The translations under genes were made by a program, and so were the position numbers. The notes beneath the pieces are model-generated. The model was given only the letters and a program-made list of their open reading frames with translations. It had not been told where the DNA came from and made no database searches. 64,000 nt of DNA, taken from the NCBI GenBank assembly GCA_025603075.1, contig MU626301.1:1-64000 (forward strand). Direction: 5' to 3'. This document shows positions 1 to 12,925 of this stretch, one piece after another (the first letter of the stretch is position 1; every line of letters starts with the position of its first letter). This stretch comes from Neoconidiobolus thromboides FSU 785. Taxonomy: Eukaryota; Fungi; Entomophthoromycota.

Positions 1-402
1 AGTAGTCATTGTAATTTCGCCAGACACTGCTAGTTTGCCTAAAGTTTTAGCCGCTAATATCATCACTTTTTCATCGTTACAAGGTAAAGCTAACTTCAAA
101 CTATTGATATAACGTACTTTATGAGGAAAAGTTATTTCTGTATTATTTTCAATGATTTTATTAATCGCTTGAATACCACCTAGTTTCTCATTAATGTCAT
201 TACTTTTTATTAAATCCGTAATTCGAATATTAATATCTCGTTCAATTTCAGCAAATGTAGAAGGTAGACAATCTTGACTTACTTCATCATAAAATTCCCG
301 TAATACATCCCCCGCTTTATTTCGAGTATCTTCGGATTTACTCTTTAAATTGTGAAATATTTTTACTAATGTTTCCTGACTTCGAGTAGTAGAATTGGTC
401 AT
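1..402 (-). CDS. TOR: TOR kinase, N-terminal HEAT region (5' partial; gene runs off the window start)
   Basis: My minus-strand translation from ATG at 402 is open to the edge: MTNSTTRSQETLVKIFHNLKSKSEDTRNKAG...DLIKSNDINEKLGGIQAINKII...LPCNDEKVMILAAKTLGKLAVSG. This matches the TOR N-terminus (LKSRNEETRAKAA...SSDANERKGGILAI...LPSNDPVVMEMASKAIGRLA). It is absent from the ORF track because there is no in-window stop. Confidence 0.85.
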   Translation of the reverse strand, partial: MTNSTTRSQETLVKIFHNLKSKSEDTRNKAGDVLREFYDEVSQDCLPSTFAEIERDINIRITDLIKSNDINEKLGGIQAINKIIENNTEITFPHKVRYINSLKLALPCNDEKVMILAAKTLGKLAVSGEITMTT

Positions 403-524
403 TATGTTTTTATTAAAAAAACTATAAAATTTTTAAAAATTATGGCTTTGTATTTTTATTTTTTAAAATTACATAATTTTCAAGTTTGCAAGTGATTTGA
501 TATAATTTTAAATTTTATAAAATC

Positions 525-3024
525 TTAAATGTTTGAATTTTTATTTATATCAGATTCAAAAGAAGATTTAAGATTACGAGCTTTAACTAAGAATAAAATC
601 AATAAGTAATTATAAAAAAATAAATAAAAAATACCACAACAATCTGGAATTAAGAATTTTGCTTGATCCCATTGAGGTAAACGTTTTTGTGTTTGATCTA
701 ATCCCGTTAAATCATTTTGGTCATGGCATTCAGCTAAAATAGCTAAACATTCCAATAATATTGTTGAAAAATCAAAGTGAAGTAAATATTTTTCACATGG
801 TATAGTAGGTGTAAATCGTTTTGTATCTATATACCCAGTAAGTTTTGCTTTGTTTTTTAACATCATTTTTTGCAATGAACAATTGTTATAAGCAGCAACA
901 ATTAGATTGATTAGCTTATAATGATACTCACTAATTGATTTTAACGTATCCATCCTATTTATATGTTAATTATAAGTATTTGTAGTATATTAGTATCCCT
1001 ACTTTTGTGTTTCATTTAATGAAGTAAATCGTTTTTCATTTAAGGCAATATTATCTGTTATTTCAATTTCATTTGCTAAATTATTAAGATCTATTTCATT
1101 AACTTTATCTTTTTCAATTTTATCATGAAATGATTCTAAAGCTAACTCAAATTGAAAAGCTAATAGTTTTTTCATAAATAATACCAGTGGGAATAATAAG
1201 AATTCATTAATATGCTATATAAAAATAAAGAATAATATTAATATTTTATTATTATTATCTCATTACTATAATATTATTATTACTTACCACTTTTAATTCT
1301 TCTTTTAAACCAAATAAATAAGACAAATAACTTGAATGCGAATGATGTATTTTTGTAATTAAAGACATTACTTTGGTAAATAAAGTTAAACACTATATAT
1401 ATATAAACACCAAAATAAATATCATTTATCATAATAAATTACCTGTAGTATAGTAAAATTAGACAAATAAGAATGTAATAACTTGGATAAATTAATACTC
1501 AATAAACTCATTTTATCTTTATTTAATATTATTTTATCCGTTATTTTTTTATCATTTACTACTGATTTTATTAATTCTATTGTTGTTAATATTATTGAAT
1601 TATTAATTTTAATAGCTTTATCTATCTTTTCATTGCTCTTTTCATTTTTCTTTTTTTTATCCTTTGTATTTTCATTTTCTTTACTCTCGTTATCTTCTAT
1701 TTTAATACTTCCATTAATTTTTTCTTTTTCTTTTTCTTTTTCTTCTTCACTAATACAATCTTCAACAATATCATCTTCCGATTCCACACCACTCTCACTA
1801 TTACTTTCACTATTACTTTCAATGATATTTCCAATATGTCCTTCATCAATATTATCAACCTCATCTTGATTTTCTCTTTTATTCTTCATTTTCTTTTCTT
1901 CATTTTCATTCTTTTCATTAATTAATATAAAATTTTCATTTTCATCTACTACATTTTCAAATTTTAATAATTTAATCAAACAATCATCTTCAAATAAAGG
2001 TGAAAAACTAAACAAAAAACAAAAATTAAATATATATAATAATAGCAAATAAATAGAATCTTCACCTTGAATAGTTTAAATTAGTACAATAAATAGCAAC
2101 TGAATTTAAAAACACTAAAGCTTCAATAACAGTTTGCTGTTGTATCTTAACTTGTTCTATAAAACCTTCATCATTATTTGATTCGTCTTGGTTGTTAAAT
2201 CGCATTAATAAAGATTTAATTAATTTTATCACCATGTAAATACTTGCTATTAAATTTCACTCAATTATGTTATGATAAAACAATGATTATTAAATACTTA
2301 CTACTCTCTAACATCACTTCTCCAAATAAGGCACCAACTTTACAAATAATAAAATTACACGAATAACATATAATACTAAAATCATTGTACTATATAAAAA
2401 GGTAAATGGTAATATAATATATATATACAATTACCCTTCTAAACCCCTCTGCAGCTAACAAAAGACGGCTTAATAACTCAATAAATAAACTCAATTTAAC
2501 TTTAATTTTATCTTTATTAGATTTTTTATTATCACCAATAACTCTTAATAATTTAATAATTTGAACTAAATATTGAACACCTTCCTGTTGATAGTCTATG
2601 TATCTTTCATTTGACTCACTATTTTGATAAACTAAATTTAAATCTTTTATGAACTTCATTAAAAATAATTTATATAGATAAGCTTACTTTTATCAAATAA
2701 TAAGAATTGATAAAAATCAATACTTTGTTTTAATAACTTGGAGTAGTTACTTTTTGATACTTTCAATTGACCTATTGTTTTTATTAATTTTGTTCTCCAT
2801 ATCTCGAATTTAGTCTCATCAAGTCTTTCTATTTTTCTATCTTTTTCTTTCAAAAAGATGAAATTTCCAATAGATGATAATAATTTGTTGATTATTATGT
2901 CTGTTTTTAAATGAAAATAATCCTCTTTTCCTTTTATTGCTTGTTTTTTATTACCTCGTTGTTTAATATTATGACCATTACTATTATGTTTATCAAATAA
3001 TACTCTTTTCATTTCTTTTTTCAC
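525..3024 (-). CDS. Multi-exon hypothetical protein with a central acidic/lysine-rich low-complexity segment
   Basis: Co-oriented ORFs 2659-3024, 2390-2659, 1422-2048 and 525-953 are separated by short AT-rich GT-AG introns. No family recognised. Confidence 0.65.
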
Positions 3025-3142
3025 AACTAAATAAATTTAAAAAAGGTAAATTTTGTTTTCGTTAAATTTAGATTTAAAATTCAAGACTTAGCTCTTTTTC
3101 TCAAAAAAACTTAAAATTGAATAACAAATAATAACTTCAATT

Positions 3143-4144
3143 ATGAGTGTGTGTCAAACCCTAGCTAACACATTAAACATTGCACCAATTTACTATAAGA
3201 AATTCGACAAATTAATCAACTATTCATTAGGTTTAAAATTACAAGAACGTTTATATCAATTACGTAAAAACAGTATAAAAAATCAAGATTCCACTTTACC
3301 TTCATTAAATAACAATCTATTATTGTTACTTGAACATCCACCAACTTTCACTGAAGGAAAACGTCAGAAAAATAATGATATTGATGTTGAAAATAAAGTC
3401 AAAAGCCTAGGCGCGGATTATTATTTGGTAAGAAAAAGATACAGTGATTGAGTTTATTATATAGAGATATTAATGACAATAATAATTAAAAGACATCTCG
3501 TGGAGGCCAAACTACATATCATGGACCTGGTCAATTGGTGGGTTATCCAATTTTTTATTTAAAGGATTATAAAGTAAAATAGATAATTAAAATAATTATT
3601 TTATTTTATTTTATTAACAAAGCCTAGTTAAGCACTCGGTGTTATGTTAAAAAAATCGAAACTTTACTATGTAATATATGTTCTGAATTATCTTTAAAAC
3701 CAGAACTTAATGAGCATACTGGAGTTTGGTTAGGAAAAAATAAAGTAGCAGCCATAGGTAATTATAATATAATGTTTTTAATAATATCGTTAATGTTTTT
3801 AATTAAGGCATATTAATACGACAATATATAACCAATCATGGATTTGCATTAAATATTAATAACGATTTAAATTGGTATAATAATATAATACCTTGCGGTA
3901 TTCTAGATAAAGATAGAGGTGTTACTAACTTAGAGATAGAATTAAATAGAAAAAGTAAGTTATCACTTAATATAAATATAAAAATAATGTTTTTATCTTT
4001 TTTGTTAGTTATTGTTGAAGATATATTACCATTAATATTAAAACATGTTTCTTTATCGTTTACTGGTGTTGAAAATAGTTTAGTTTCTCTAGATAAATAT
4101 CACCCTGAATTAAATCAACTTATTGATTCTTGGTCACTGGAATA
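3143..4144 (+). CDS. LIP2: Lipoyl(octanoyl) transferase LipB/LIP2, multi-exon
   Basis: Motifs across exons: [61 protein letters not shown]. Stop TAA ends at 4144. Confidence 0.93.
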
Positions 4145-4727
4145 AAACCAAAGTGATACTATTAATATAACACTATGTTTCTTTTTATTGTAAAGAATAA
4201 ATTAGAAAAATAAATAACTATTATCAAGAATAATATAGACTAGTTTAAAGTTCAGTTCCGATTTTATCTAATTTTGATTTTTAGCAAAAATTACAATTAA
4301 GCATTAAGTATCATAAAAATATTCCATAAACTAGTTTTATAATTTTAGTTATATATATTTTTAATATAAATTATTTATTAACTTTTAATTTAAAATTATA
4401 TAACAATGTTAAACAAATGCTATAATATTTGATTAAATTTAAAAAAATTATTAATTTGTGTAGCTAAGTTTAAGCTAACTTAAGCTTCAAAATAAAATTC
4501 GATAATTGCAATTTTTGTCTATTTTTTATGTGATAAACCTTTTTAAAATAGTAGTCAAATAGTAAATAAAAAACATTTAAATATAAATGTATAAAAACTT
4601 AGTTCTAATTTTGTTCAATTTGAATTTTTAGCAAAAACTACAAATTGTGTACTAAATGTTATAAAAATAGTTTTTTTATTTAATTTAAAATTCTATATTA
4701 GAATGTATTATTCAGTATTTAATTAAG

Positions 4728-4832
4728 ATATAGAGGTAATTTTTTGGTTTCATCACCTTTTCCATTTTCAAATGCCATTTGAGTGAAAAGATTGGTAGTA
4801 AAATTCTTAAATGAAAAAATACATCCTCATAT
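4728..4832 (-). mobile_element. MITE family A copy (diverged)
   Basis: ATATAGAGGT...TTCATCACCTTTTCCATTTT...AGTAAAATTCTTAAA...ACATCCTCATAT is the reverse orientation of the consensus. Strand is relative to the 46093 copy. Confidence 0.8.
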
Positions 4833-5138
4833 TTTTAAAACTTACACTACATGAAAAATGGACAAAAAAGTGAAATTAAAATATTTACTTAAGTTTTAAT
4901 TAGGATTTTAAACTTACCTAATATACTTGAAATACTATCTATTGGTATTTTAAATCACGTATTTCATTTTAATTGAACTAAAAATTTAGAAATAAATATT
5001 ATTGGTTATAAGTGAATCATTTTAATTTAATCATATAAAGTTGACCAATTTTATACATTATTAGTAAACTAATTTTGATATTAAATAATTTATTTTTTTA
5101 TTAAAACATAACTCAAGATAATAGCAAATAAAAAAAGA

Positions 5139-6436
5139 ATGTTAAACTACCTTTCAACGATTGATTATTATTGGGCTATTAAGCATTTGTCCATAGCAGT
5201 TGGTGTATTGAGTTCTTTAGCTTTTGGTGGTATTTATTACTTTCAATCCAGTTTAATTTATCTTCCTAATTTGCCACAAAACTCAAGAAAGAAGGTAATG
5301 ATAAACAATATAATCATATATATATGATTTAGAACTAGTTGATTTATAATTACTTTAGATTGATGAACCATCCAAATATAATTTACCATTTGAAGATGTA
5401 GTATTAAGAACAAAAGATGGAGTACGTATTGGAGCTTATCTCATTAAGAGAGAAGATGAAAAAGAATTTGAAAGAGCACCTACTTTAATTTATTTTCATG
5501 TAAATTTATCACCTATTTTTAACATAGAAATAACTAATAAATATTTTTATTTATTTAGGCCAATGCAGGAAACTTTGTAAGATTATTACTATTAGAGATT
5601 AAGCTGATGAAATACTAATAGTTTTTTCTTAAATAGGGAATGAGATTACCTATTGCCGAAGTTATTTATCGTGTTTGTAAATGTAATATATTAATGTTAT
5701 CTTATCGTGGGTAAGTTTTAATTAATAATTCCAATGATTGGTAACATTTATTTATTTCTAATAAAAATAGATATGCTTTTTCAGAAGGTGTTCCCGATGA
5801 AAAAGGTCTTAAATTAGATGCTGAAGTAAGTTAAATGAATTTTATTCTTTTTTTTATATATTTATTTTATGAATAAGGCCGCTTTAGATTATATTCTATC
5901 TCATGATAAATTAAAAAACAATAAAATTGTACTATATGGTCAATCAATTGGTGGTGCTGTTGCTATTGATTTAGCTTCCAAATTTGAAGATAAAGTAAGC
6001 TAATTTATTTCATAATCATATGGTATGATAATAACTTATAATTAGGTCCATGGTTTAGTACTTGAAAATACATTTCTTAGTTTAGTAAGTATAATATTAA
6101 ATTATTGTTAGTTGAATGAATATACTAATAAATACATTAAAATAGCCTAAATTAATTCCATGCGTTATGCCCACTTTAAAATACTTAACCTTTTTATGTC
6201 ATCAAATTTGGGATAGTGAAAAATCAATTAGAAATATTCAATCTTTACCAACTTTATTTTTATCAGGTGCTAAAGATAGTTTAATCCCACCATCTCATAT
6301 GAAATCATTATATGATCAATTACCTTCCAATAAAAAACAATTTCAATCGTTTCCTAATGGAGATCACAATGATACTTTCCTTGCTCCGGAATATTTTAAA
6401 GAAATGGAAGCTTTCTTTTTAAAATTTATTTTATAA
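5139..6436 (+). CDS. BEM46: Alpha/beta hydrolase ABHD13/BEM46 family, multi-exon
   Basis: N-terminal TM segment then YYFQSSLIYLP; exon motifs LIYFHANAGN, LSYRGY, YGQSIGGAVA (nucleophile elbow), LENTFLS, FLSGAKDSLIP, FPNGDHNDT. Confidence 0.9.
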
Positions 6437-6474
6437 AAATAAAAATAAAAATAAAAATAAAAATAAAAATAAAA
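6433..6474. repeat. (TAAAAA)n microsatellite
   Basis: About 7 tandem TAAAAA units immediately after the BEM46 stop. Confidence 0.9.
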
Positions 6475-6519
6475 AGTTTTACTTAATTATTTTATTATTT
6501 TATTAATATTCTAGTTATA

Positions 6520-8462
6520 TTAAATTTGTTTATTATTTAATTTGAGTTCTGCTTCATTTCGAAATTCTTGATTACGAATTTCAATCATACATTGAACATC
6601 CACATATAGAAAAGATAAAAATAAAAATAAATCAAATAATCCTAAAAGAATAAATATATATAAATACAGCATAATATAATATATAATATAAATTACCTTG
6701 AAAATTAACTAATTGTCCTAACAACAAATAAAAGCCATCTCTTTGAATAGCAAACCCAACCAAATTAGCTGTCATTAACATCAATACATTTAATGTACCG
6801 CCAATAGCTCTCAAATATCTGTAATATGATTTATGCTGGAAAATAAATAAATAAATAAAACAATAATATAAATTAAAATACAAATAAATAAATACAAATA
6901 ATAAATTACCTTCCATTTCTTTGATGCTTTAACAGCAATCATTTCAGGTAAGAAAAATAAAGCAATTAACCAACCCCAAGCTAACAAATCTAATTCGGTG
7001 TCATGCCATAAAGCAACAAATGTAAATATAACCCATATATTTAAAAAAGAGTATTTAGCTCCTCCTAATGGTACATATAAATATCTATAATAAAATTATA
7101 TTATTACTAGTATTATAGTATATTATCATATAACATATATTATTAATTAAATTACCTAACTAACCAGCGATTATAAGAACAATGCCAACCCTTCCAAAAA
7201 CCTTGAATTGAATAATTATTAGTCATACATCTACCCATATTTTCAACTGTATCAATGCCATCCATCATCGCCCATAATCGGAAGAATCTCCAAATAATCA
7301 ATAACTAGAATAAAATTATTGTTAAATCATATTATTATATATTATATATTATATATTATATATTATATATTGTAATATTAATATAATAATTACCTTTAAC
7401 CAAATAAACTTCAAACTAAAAAATGAAATCATCAATAATTGATAAGGTGTATAATTTTCAAAATTTTTGGATTTACACAAGGCTTGTACATAAATATAAT
7501 GTAACATAAATTCCATTAATAAAATTACTAAAATTAATCTTATTAAATATTTTCCAATTGTTTTCACTGTTAAATTTGGGTTTTTAAATTTAGTCTAATA
7601 AAAGTTGTTATTATTTATTATTGCTTTTGTTATTAATATAATAGGAAACTTACTTGATATATAAAATCATTAAATGTAATAATTGGACCAGCTAAATATA
7701 ATGGGGGATAAAATAAATAAGTAAAATAATTGACGAAATTATAGCTATTTGCATTTAATTCATATTGAGTTCGTTGTTTACTTGTTGTTAACTAAATTTA
7801 TATTATTATAAATTATATTGATATAATAATAACAATAATACTTACATATTTCTTTTCGTTTAATTTCTCTTCCTCTTCCTCTTGTACTTCCTCTTCGTTA
7901 ATTGAATTAGGCTTCGACCAATAATAATCCATATTAAAAGATATCATTCTTAATGCAGTTATGTTATAATGAATATCCCATCTTGGTAAAAGCCCATTAA
8001 ATTCATCCTATAAAATTCAAACTATTAATAATTAATACTAAAATGAATGTTTATTATTAAATTTACCATAAATTTTAATCCCATAAAAAAGTGTTCAAAT
8101 TTCACTTGTTTACTAAAATAATTACAAAATAACAATGCAGCAATATTAAAAACCCAAGTGAATATAGGATTGAGCACATTTCTTTTACTCAATTTACCCA
8201 ATATATAATTTAAACTTATAAATATAAATAATTTCATCATAGAATAACCGTGTAATGCAAATAATAAGACCATTGAAAATATGCCTGAAAACATAATTTT
8301 ACTATTTAAAAATAAATTTCTTATTCCGTATCCTTTCTTTTTTAAATTGATACTATTGCTAATTAATTGACTTAATAAAACATGAAGTAGCATTAATAAT
8401 ACAATTAATTTATATCGAGAACGAAAACTATTAAATTGTCCATCGCTCAAATCCTAATTATA

Positions 8463-8499
<37 letters not shown>

Positions 8500-8885
8500 A
8501 ACAATTACTTCTTTTCTACCAAACATCCAGCCATCTGATAATCTATCTTTATAAGAATCATAATTGGGATGAGTTTCTAATAAAAATAAAAAATATTTAT
8601 CAGTATCTTCACTAAAATATAAAAATAAGAATAAAAATAAAAATAAAAGTTACCATTAGATAAATCAATAACAGAATAAAACATATATATAACAGAGCCT
8701 AGTAAATAAGCATAATAAAAATAATATTCATAAGTATTATATAATGGTTTAGGTAAGTTTTTATATTTGCTTTCCCTCAAATCATTACTATTATTCATTG
8801 CATTATTATTTCCGTTTCTAATTTCATTAATCTCTTTACTGTTTTTTAATCCCATTTCTATATCTTCTATTGATTTAGTTTCCAT
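6520..8885 (-). CDS. GUP1: MBOAT family O-acyltransferase, GUP1/HHAT-like, multi-exon
   Basis: Exon motifs [38 protein letters not shown] (catalytic His), [20 protein letters not shown], and C-terminal VQCMIEIR. Confidence 0.9.
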
Positions 8886-9217
8886 GTAATGATGTTGATA
8901 AAATTAGAAAACAATAATTACTTAATACTTTTTTCTGAAAGTTACTCCACTTTTTTTGACCTTAATTTGAAAATGGAGAGTTATTCAACCAATCATTTTT
9001 TAATGAGAGTGGCATTTCTTTTAAATGACTGAAACTAGTAACTAGTAAATTTTATTTTAAAAAAAATTATTTTATTTTATTTTATTTTATTTTATTTTCA
9101 TTCGAAAAACTATCTAGTTCATAAATTTTAAATATTTTTACAAAGTGATAATCTTTACTATAAACTACTATTTGATATATTTATAAAAACAAACAAATAT
9201 ATTTCATATTAAGATAA

Positions 9218-9322
9218 ATATGGGAATGTGTTTTTGTATTTAACAATTTTATCAACAGCTTTTTCGTCTAAATAGCGCTTAAAGATGGAAAAAATGGTGA
9301 AACCAAAAAAACATCTCCATAT
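9218..9322 (+). mobile_element. MITE family A copy
   Basis: ATATGGGAATGTG...AAATAGCGCTTAAAGATGGAAAAA...ACATCTCCATAT. Confidence 0.85.
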
Positions 9323-10318
9323 ATTAAAAATAATAGTTTATCAACAAAGTATAAAAAATACTATTAATTATAATATATAAAAATTAAGTGAGGATGGATG
9401 TGTTTTTTTGTTAAGGATCTTATTGACAATCAATAAATACTAAAATAATATTTTATATGTATACAGTAATACAAAGTTAGTTAGAAATAATGTTATTATT
9501 AAATTAAGCTATTTGAATATAAAAGATAATCCTTATTATTGTTATTATTCAAAGCTAAAGTCTTAAAAAAATCATAGAAAATTTATCTATTAAATTTAAT
9601 TTATTTATTACTAAATATATAAACTATATATGAGTTATACATAGATTATACATAAATTATATACTTTGATTATATGCTATACATAAAGTAAGATTGGATT
9701 AAGCTAATTATAAAACTAGCAATAGTATTGAAATTTTGAATTGTTAAATACAGGTATTGATTTTAGTTATAACTTTATAGCTTTTTTATTACTTGTTACA
9801 CTCATAGTTAAAAATAGAAGTCAAATAGCCAGGAATGTTTTTTTTGGTTTCTGTGAAATATCGTTTTGTCAGCCCTATGGTTAATTATAACATAATAACC
9901 GCCTAAGCTGTTGTGTTCTTGAGCTTAGAGACAATCAATTCTATGCTCTTATTTTGATCTACTATGAGAATTTCTAGCTTCATTTCAAAGAATATTATCC
10001 TCTCTTATTGATATGTATACTTGTCAAAGTATAAAAGAGATTCTAAAATATAGTAGCTCGAGGCTCTTTAACTGAATTATTCCCCGATAGCTCGAACATT
10101 TAATAAAGCCACCAAGTTTTCTTAATAGTATTTTACCTAGATTTTACATTAGTATTGTCTATTTTATTTGTTCTGCATAGTCTTTAGTCTATTTCGTCCT
10201 ATTTTTCGTAATCTAATCCTATCTTAATCACATAAACTAAGACCTTTCGACTTATGGGGTAGTCAACCAACCAAGAACTGCTTTTGACTCCAATCGCTGA
10301 GTACCAGATTTCACAGTC

Positions 10319-10394
10319 CCATTACTTTTTCTATTTTTTGACTGGTCTTTGAGCGAAAAAATTGTCAGTAAAATTTTTAAACAAAAAATACATA
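10319..10394 (-). mobile_element. MITE family A remnant (left end lost)
   Basis: CATTACTTTTTCTATTTTTT...AAAAATTGTCAGTAAAATTTTTAAACAAAAAATACAT aligns to the reverse consensus. Confidence 0.65.
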
Positions 10395-10996
10395 CTTACA
10401 ATAAATTGTATAAAATTTTAATACTAAATTGAGCTAGTATAAAATAAAATAATTAAAATAAAAAATACTTCATTTTTTTAATCCTTTAAAAATAGTTAAG
10501 TCTTAGATTTACTTTTTATTAAACAGCTTTTTTTATAATTTCAAGGATGAAATTAATTGGCTTTAGTATTTTAAACATTTAAAGCTTTAAGCTTTTAAAA
10601 GTAAAAAAAATAAAAAATAATTTTAATTTTTAATACTTGTAGAATTACAAAAAAATCCTAAAGTAAAAATAAATAAATAGCTATAAATGATTTCAAATAT
10701 TATACTTTATTATACTTTGTCTTTAATTTTCAATATTTAATTAACTTGCAATAATTTACGACGTTTTTAAATCATCATAGCTAAAGCAAGAAAAAAATTT
10801 AAACTGTTATTATAAGTTCAATAAAAGTGGAAATTCCAAGTAACCTGAGGGAAGTTTTAATATTGTTTACTTTTGTTAAAACTAAATCAAAAAATTTTCC
10901 TATTTGCTTAAGTCATTACTATAACTATGATATGATGAAAATACTTTATTTAAAATAGCTAAATCATAATTGAGTGATATAATATTATTCAGGAAG

Positions 10997-11100
10997 ACAC
11001 AAAAAGAGGATAATTTCAGAGACTCCGCACTAAAGAAGATTAGCTAAATTAGCTAAAAAGCTTTTTAGTGCGGAGTCCCTGAAAATATCTTTTCCTGTGA
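10997..11100. repeat. Long inverted repeat/hairpin, unrelated to MITE family A
   Basis: Inner arms TTCAGAGACTCCGCACTAAA(G)AAG and CTTTTTAGTGCGGAGTCCCTGAA are near-perfect complements and extend imperfectly to about 45 bp. The spacer holds two TTAGCTAA palindromes. Confidence 0.85.
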
Positions 11101-11734
11101 AATTCAATCGAAGCTTGAAATTAAATACCAAATACCAAATACCAAATATCAAAAGCTTTTCAACTGCTTATTTTATTTAAGAATACTTATACAACTAATG
11201 AATAATATGAAGACTTTATACGACAGAATGGTATCCATAAATAACTCATTATTTTTTTTCCTTTATATAATGCATCTTCACTTAAGTAGAAGTTGTCTTT
11301 CAAAGTTTTAATAATAAAGTAAATAATAAAGTATATTATATTTAAAGAGTAACGTTATTCAAACACAGCGGTATTAATTTTAATTTTAATTTAATAAATT
11401 TTTTAACAAAGAAAATAGAACAAATTACTACTGCTTTCAAGATACTTTTTTATAAATTCCGAAATAAGATAATATATATAAAGTAATATCATAGATTTCT
11501 TTAATTATATTATAAATCATTTTGAATAACTAAAGTAGTAAAAGAATAATCGATATGGAATTTGACAAAGAATAAAGTAAGTTCTTTTAGTGATTAGGGT
11601 CCTTGGCTTCTAGACTATAAATACTATTTGTAATCAACACCCATATAAATTATTTTAATATCTTTTAATATTATCCTTTATCCCATTGTTTATATATCTT
11701 AATTTATAAGAAAAAAGTATTAGAATTTAATAAA

Positions 11735-12925
11735 ATGATTTTCAATGTCAAATCCGTCTCTCTAACAATCTTAGGACTTGTGACTTTCATCACCAGTCAA
11801 GATCTACCATTCTGCAAAACAGAAGATATTAGGGTTCGTAAAAATATTAAAGATCTAAGTGATGATCAATTAGAACGTTATTTTGGTGCAGTAAAGAAAT
11901 TAAATAGTGCTCCAAGACCCAATGTATGGGATAATTTTACTAGAATGCACGTTGATTACTTCCCACAGGTACATAACACTCAATTCTTTTTAGTATGGCA
12001 TCGTTATTTTTTGTATTTTATGGAAAAAGAATTACAAAAAATTGATCCTTCAGTTACTATTCCATACTGGGATTGGACTGTTGATAGCGAGGAGCCTAAT
12101 AATGATTCCATTTATAGTGATAAATATTTTGGAAAAGTAAATGGTAACGATAGATGTATTAATAGTGGGCCATTTAAAGATTTTAAAGTCTTAGATTTGT
12201 ATAGTCCAAATGGAGATGAAATTTGTTTAAGACGCAATAAAATATTTACCCAACAAGTAACTGGCGGACCTGAAATGGAAAATCTCTATTTAAATAGTGC
12301 CCCTATTGGTCAATTTTCTATAGATCTTGAAGGTGTACCACATAGTCGTATTCACAATGGTATTGGTGGGGATTTTGCTACCGGCGTTTCACCTAGTAAC
12401 CCTATCTTTTATTCTCACCATGCTTTTGTTGATAAATTATGGTTTGATTACCAAATGCGTTATCCTGAAACTATGGATGAATATGCTTTAAATCGTCGTA
12501 CTCCAGTTGCTCCTTGGGGTTTTCCAGTTCTTCAAGGAATTGATACTTCAGATCGTCTATGCTATGTTTATAAACAAGAACATTTCTCATGGACCACACA
12601 AGATATATCTTCTCGTTCTGCTTTCATACCTGATTTTACACCAGAACCATATACAGTACCATCCAGCGTTACCACAATTGAAGAATTAGTTAAACATGAT
12701 GTTGCTTTTGTTACTAGAAATTTTGAGTTAGTTGATATTAACATTCCTAAAGCTTTAGTAAATAATCCATCTTTACTTTCTTCTGCTCCTGGGGAACCAC
12801 CAGTCAAATTAATAGATGTAGAATTCATTGCAAAAATGAAATTGAACTATTCAAATATTCGCGAAAATGAGTTACGTGAATTAGAATTTAAAAATTTTAT
12901 GAAAGAAATTGGGAGTGTTCAATAA
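11735..12925 (+). CDS. Secreted tyrosinase / type-3 dicopper oxidase, intronless
   Basis: Signal-peptide-like N-terminus; CuA H-x7-H-x8-H (MHVDYFPQVHNTQFFLVWHR); PYWDW; CuB PHSRIH...PSNPIFYSHHAFVD; YVY motif followed by a C-terminal extension. Confidence 0.93.
   Translation: MIFNVKSVSLTILGLVTFITSQDLPFCKTEDIRVRKNIKDLSDDQLERYFGAVKKLNSAPRPNVWDNFTRMHVDYFPQVHNTQFFLVWHRYFLYFMEKELQKIDPSVTIPYWDWTVDSEEPNNDSIYSDKYFGKVNGNDRCINSGPFKDFKVLDLYSPNGDEICLRRNKIFTQQVTGGPEMENLYLNSAPIGQFSIDLEGVPHSRIHNGIGGDFATGVSPSNPIFYSHHAFVDKLWFDYQMRYPETMDEYALNRRTPVAPWGFPVLQGIDTSDRLCYVYKQEHFSWTTQDISSRSAFIPDFTPEPYTVPSSVTTIEELVKHDVAFVTRNFELVDINIPKALVNNPSLLSSAPGEPPVKLIDVEFIAKMKLNYSNIRENELRELEFKNFMKEIGSVQ

Noticed and set aside
1483-1869. 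Leu/Ser/Phe-rich ORF on + (also 19433-19788(-), 16563-16868(-), 12507-12828, 18559-18795, 24647-24832, 47975-48163, 49247-49450, 52422-52631, 52768-52953, 59066-59896 and 60155-60427)
   Set aside because: Antisense or alternate-frame shadows of real genes or low-complexity tracts; no independent motifs.
10215-10300. LINE reverse-transcriptase C-terminal motif (LPHKSKGLSL resembling LPKSKGGLGL) on the minus strand
   Set aside because: A short, weak match with no flanking RT motifs.
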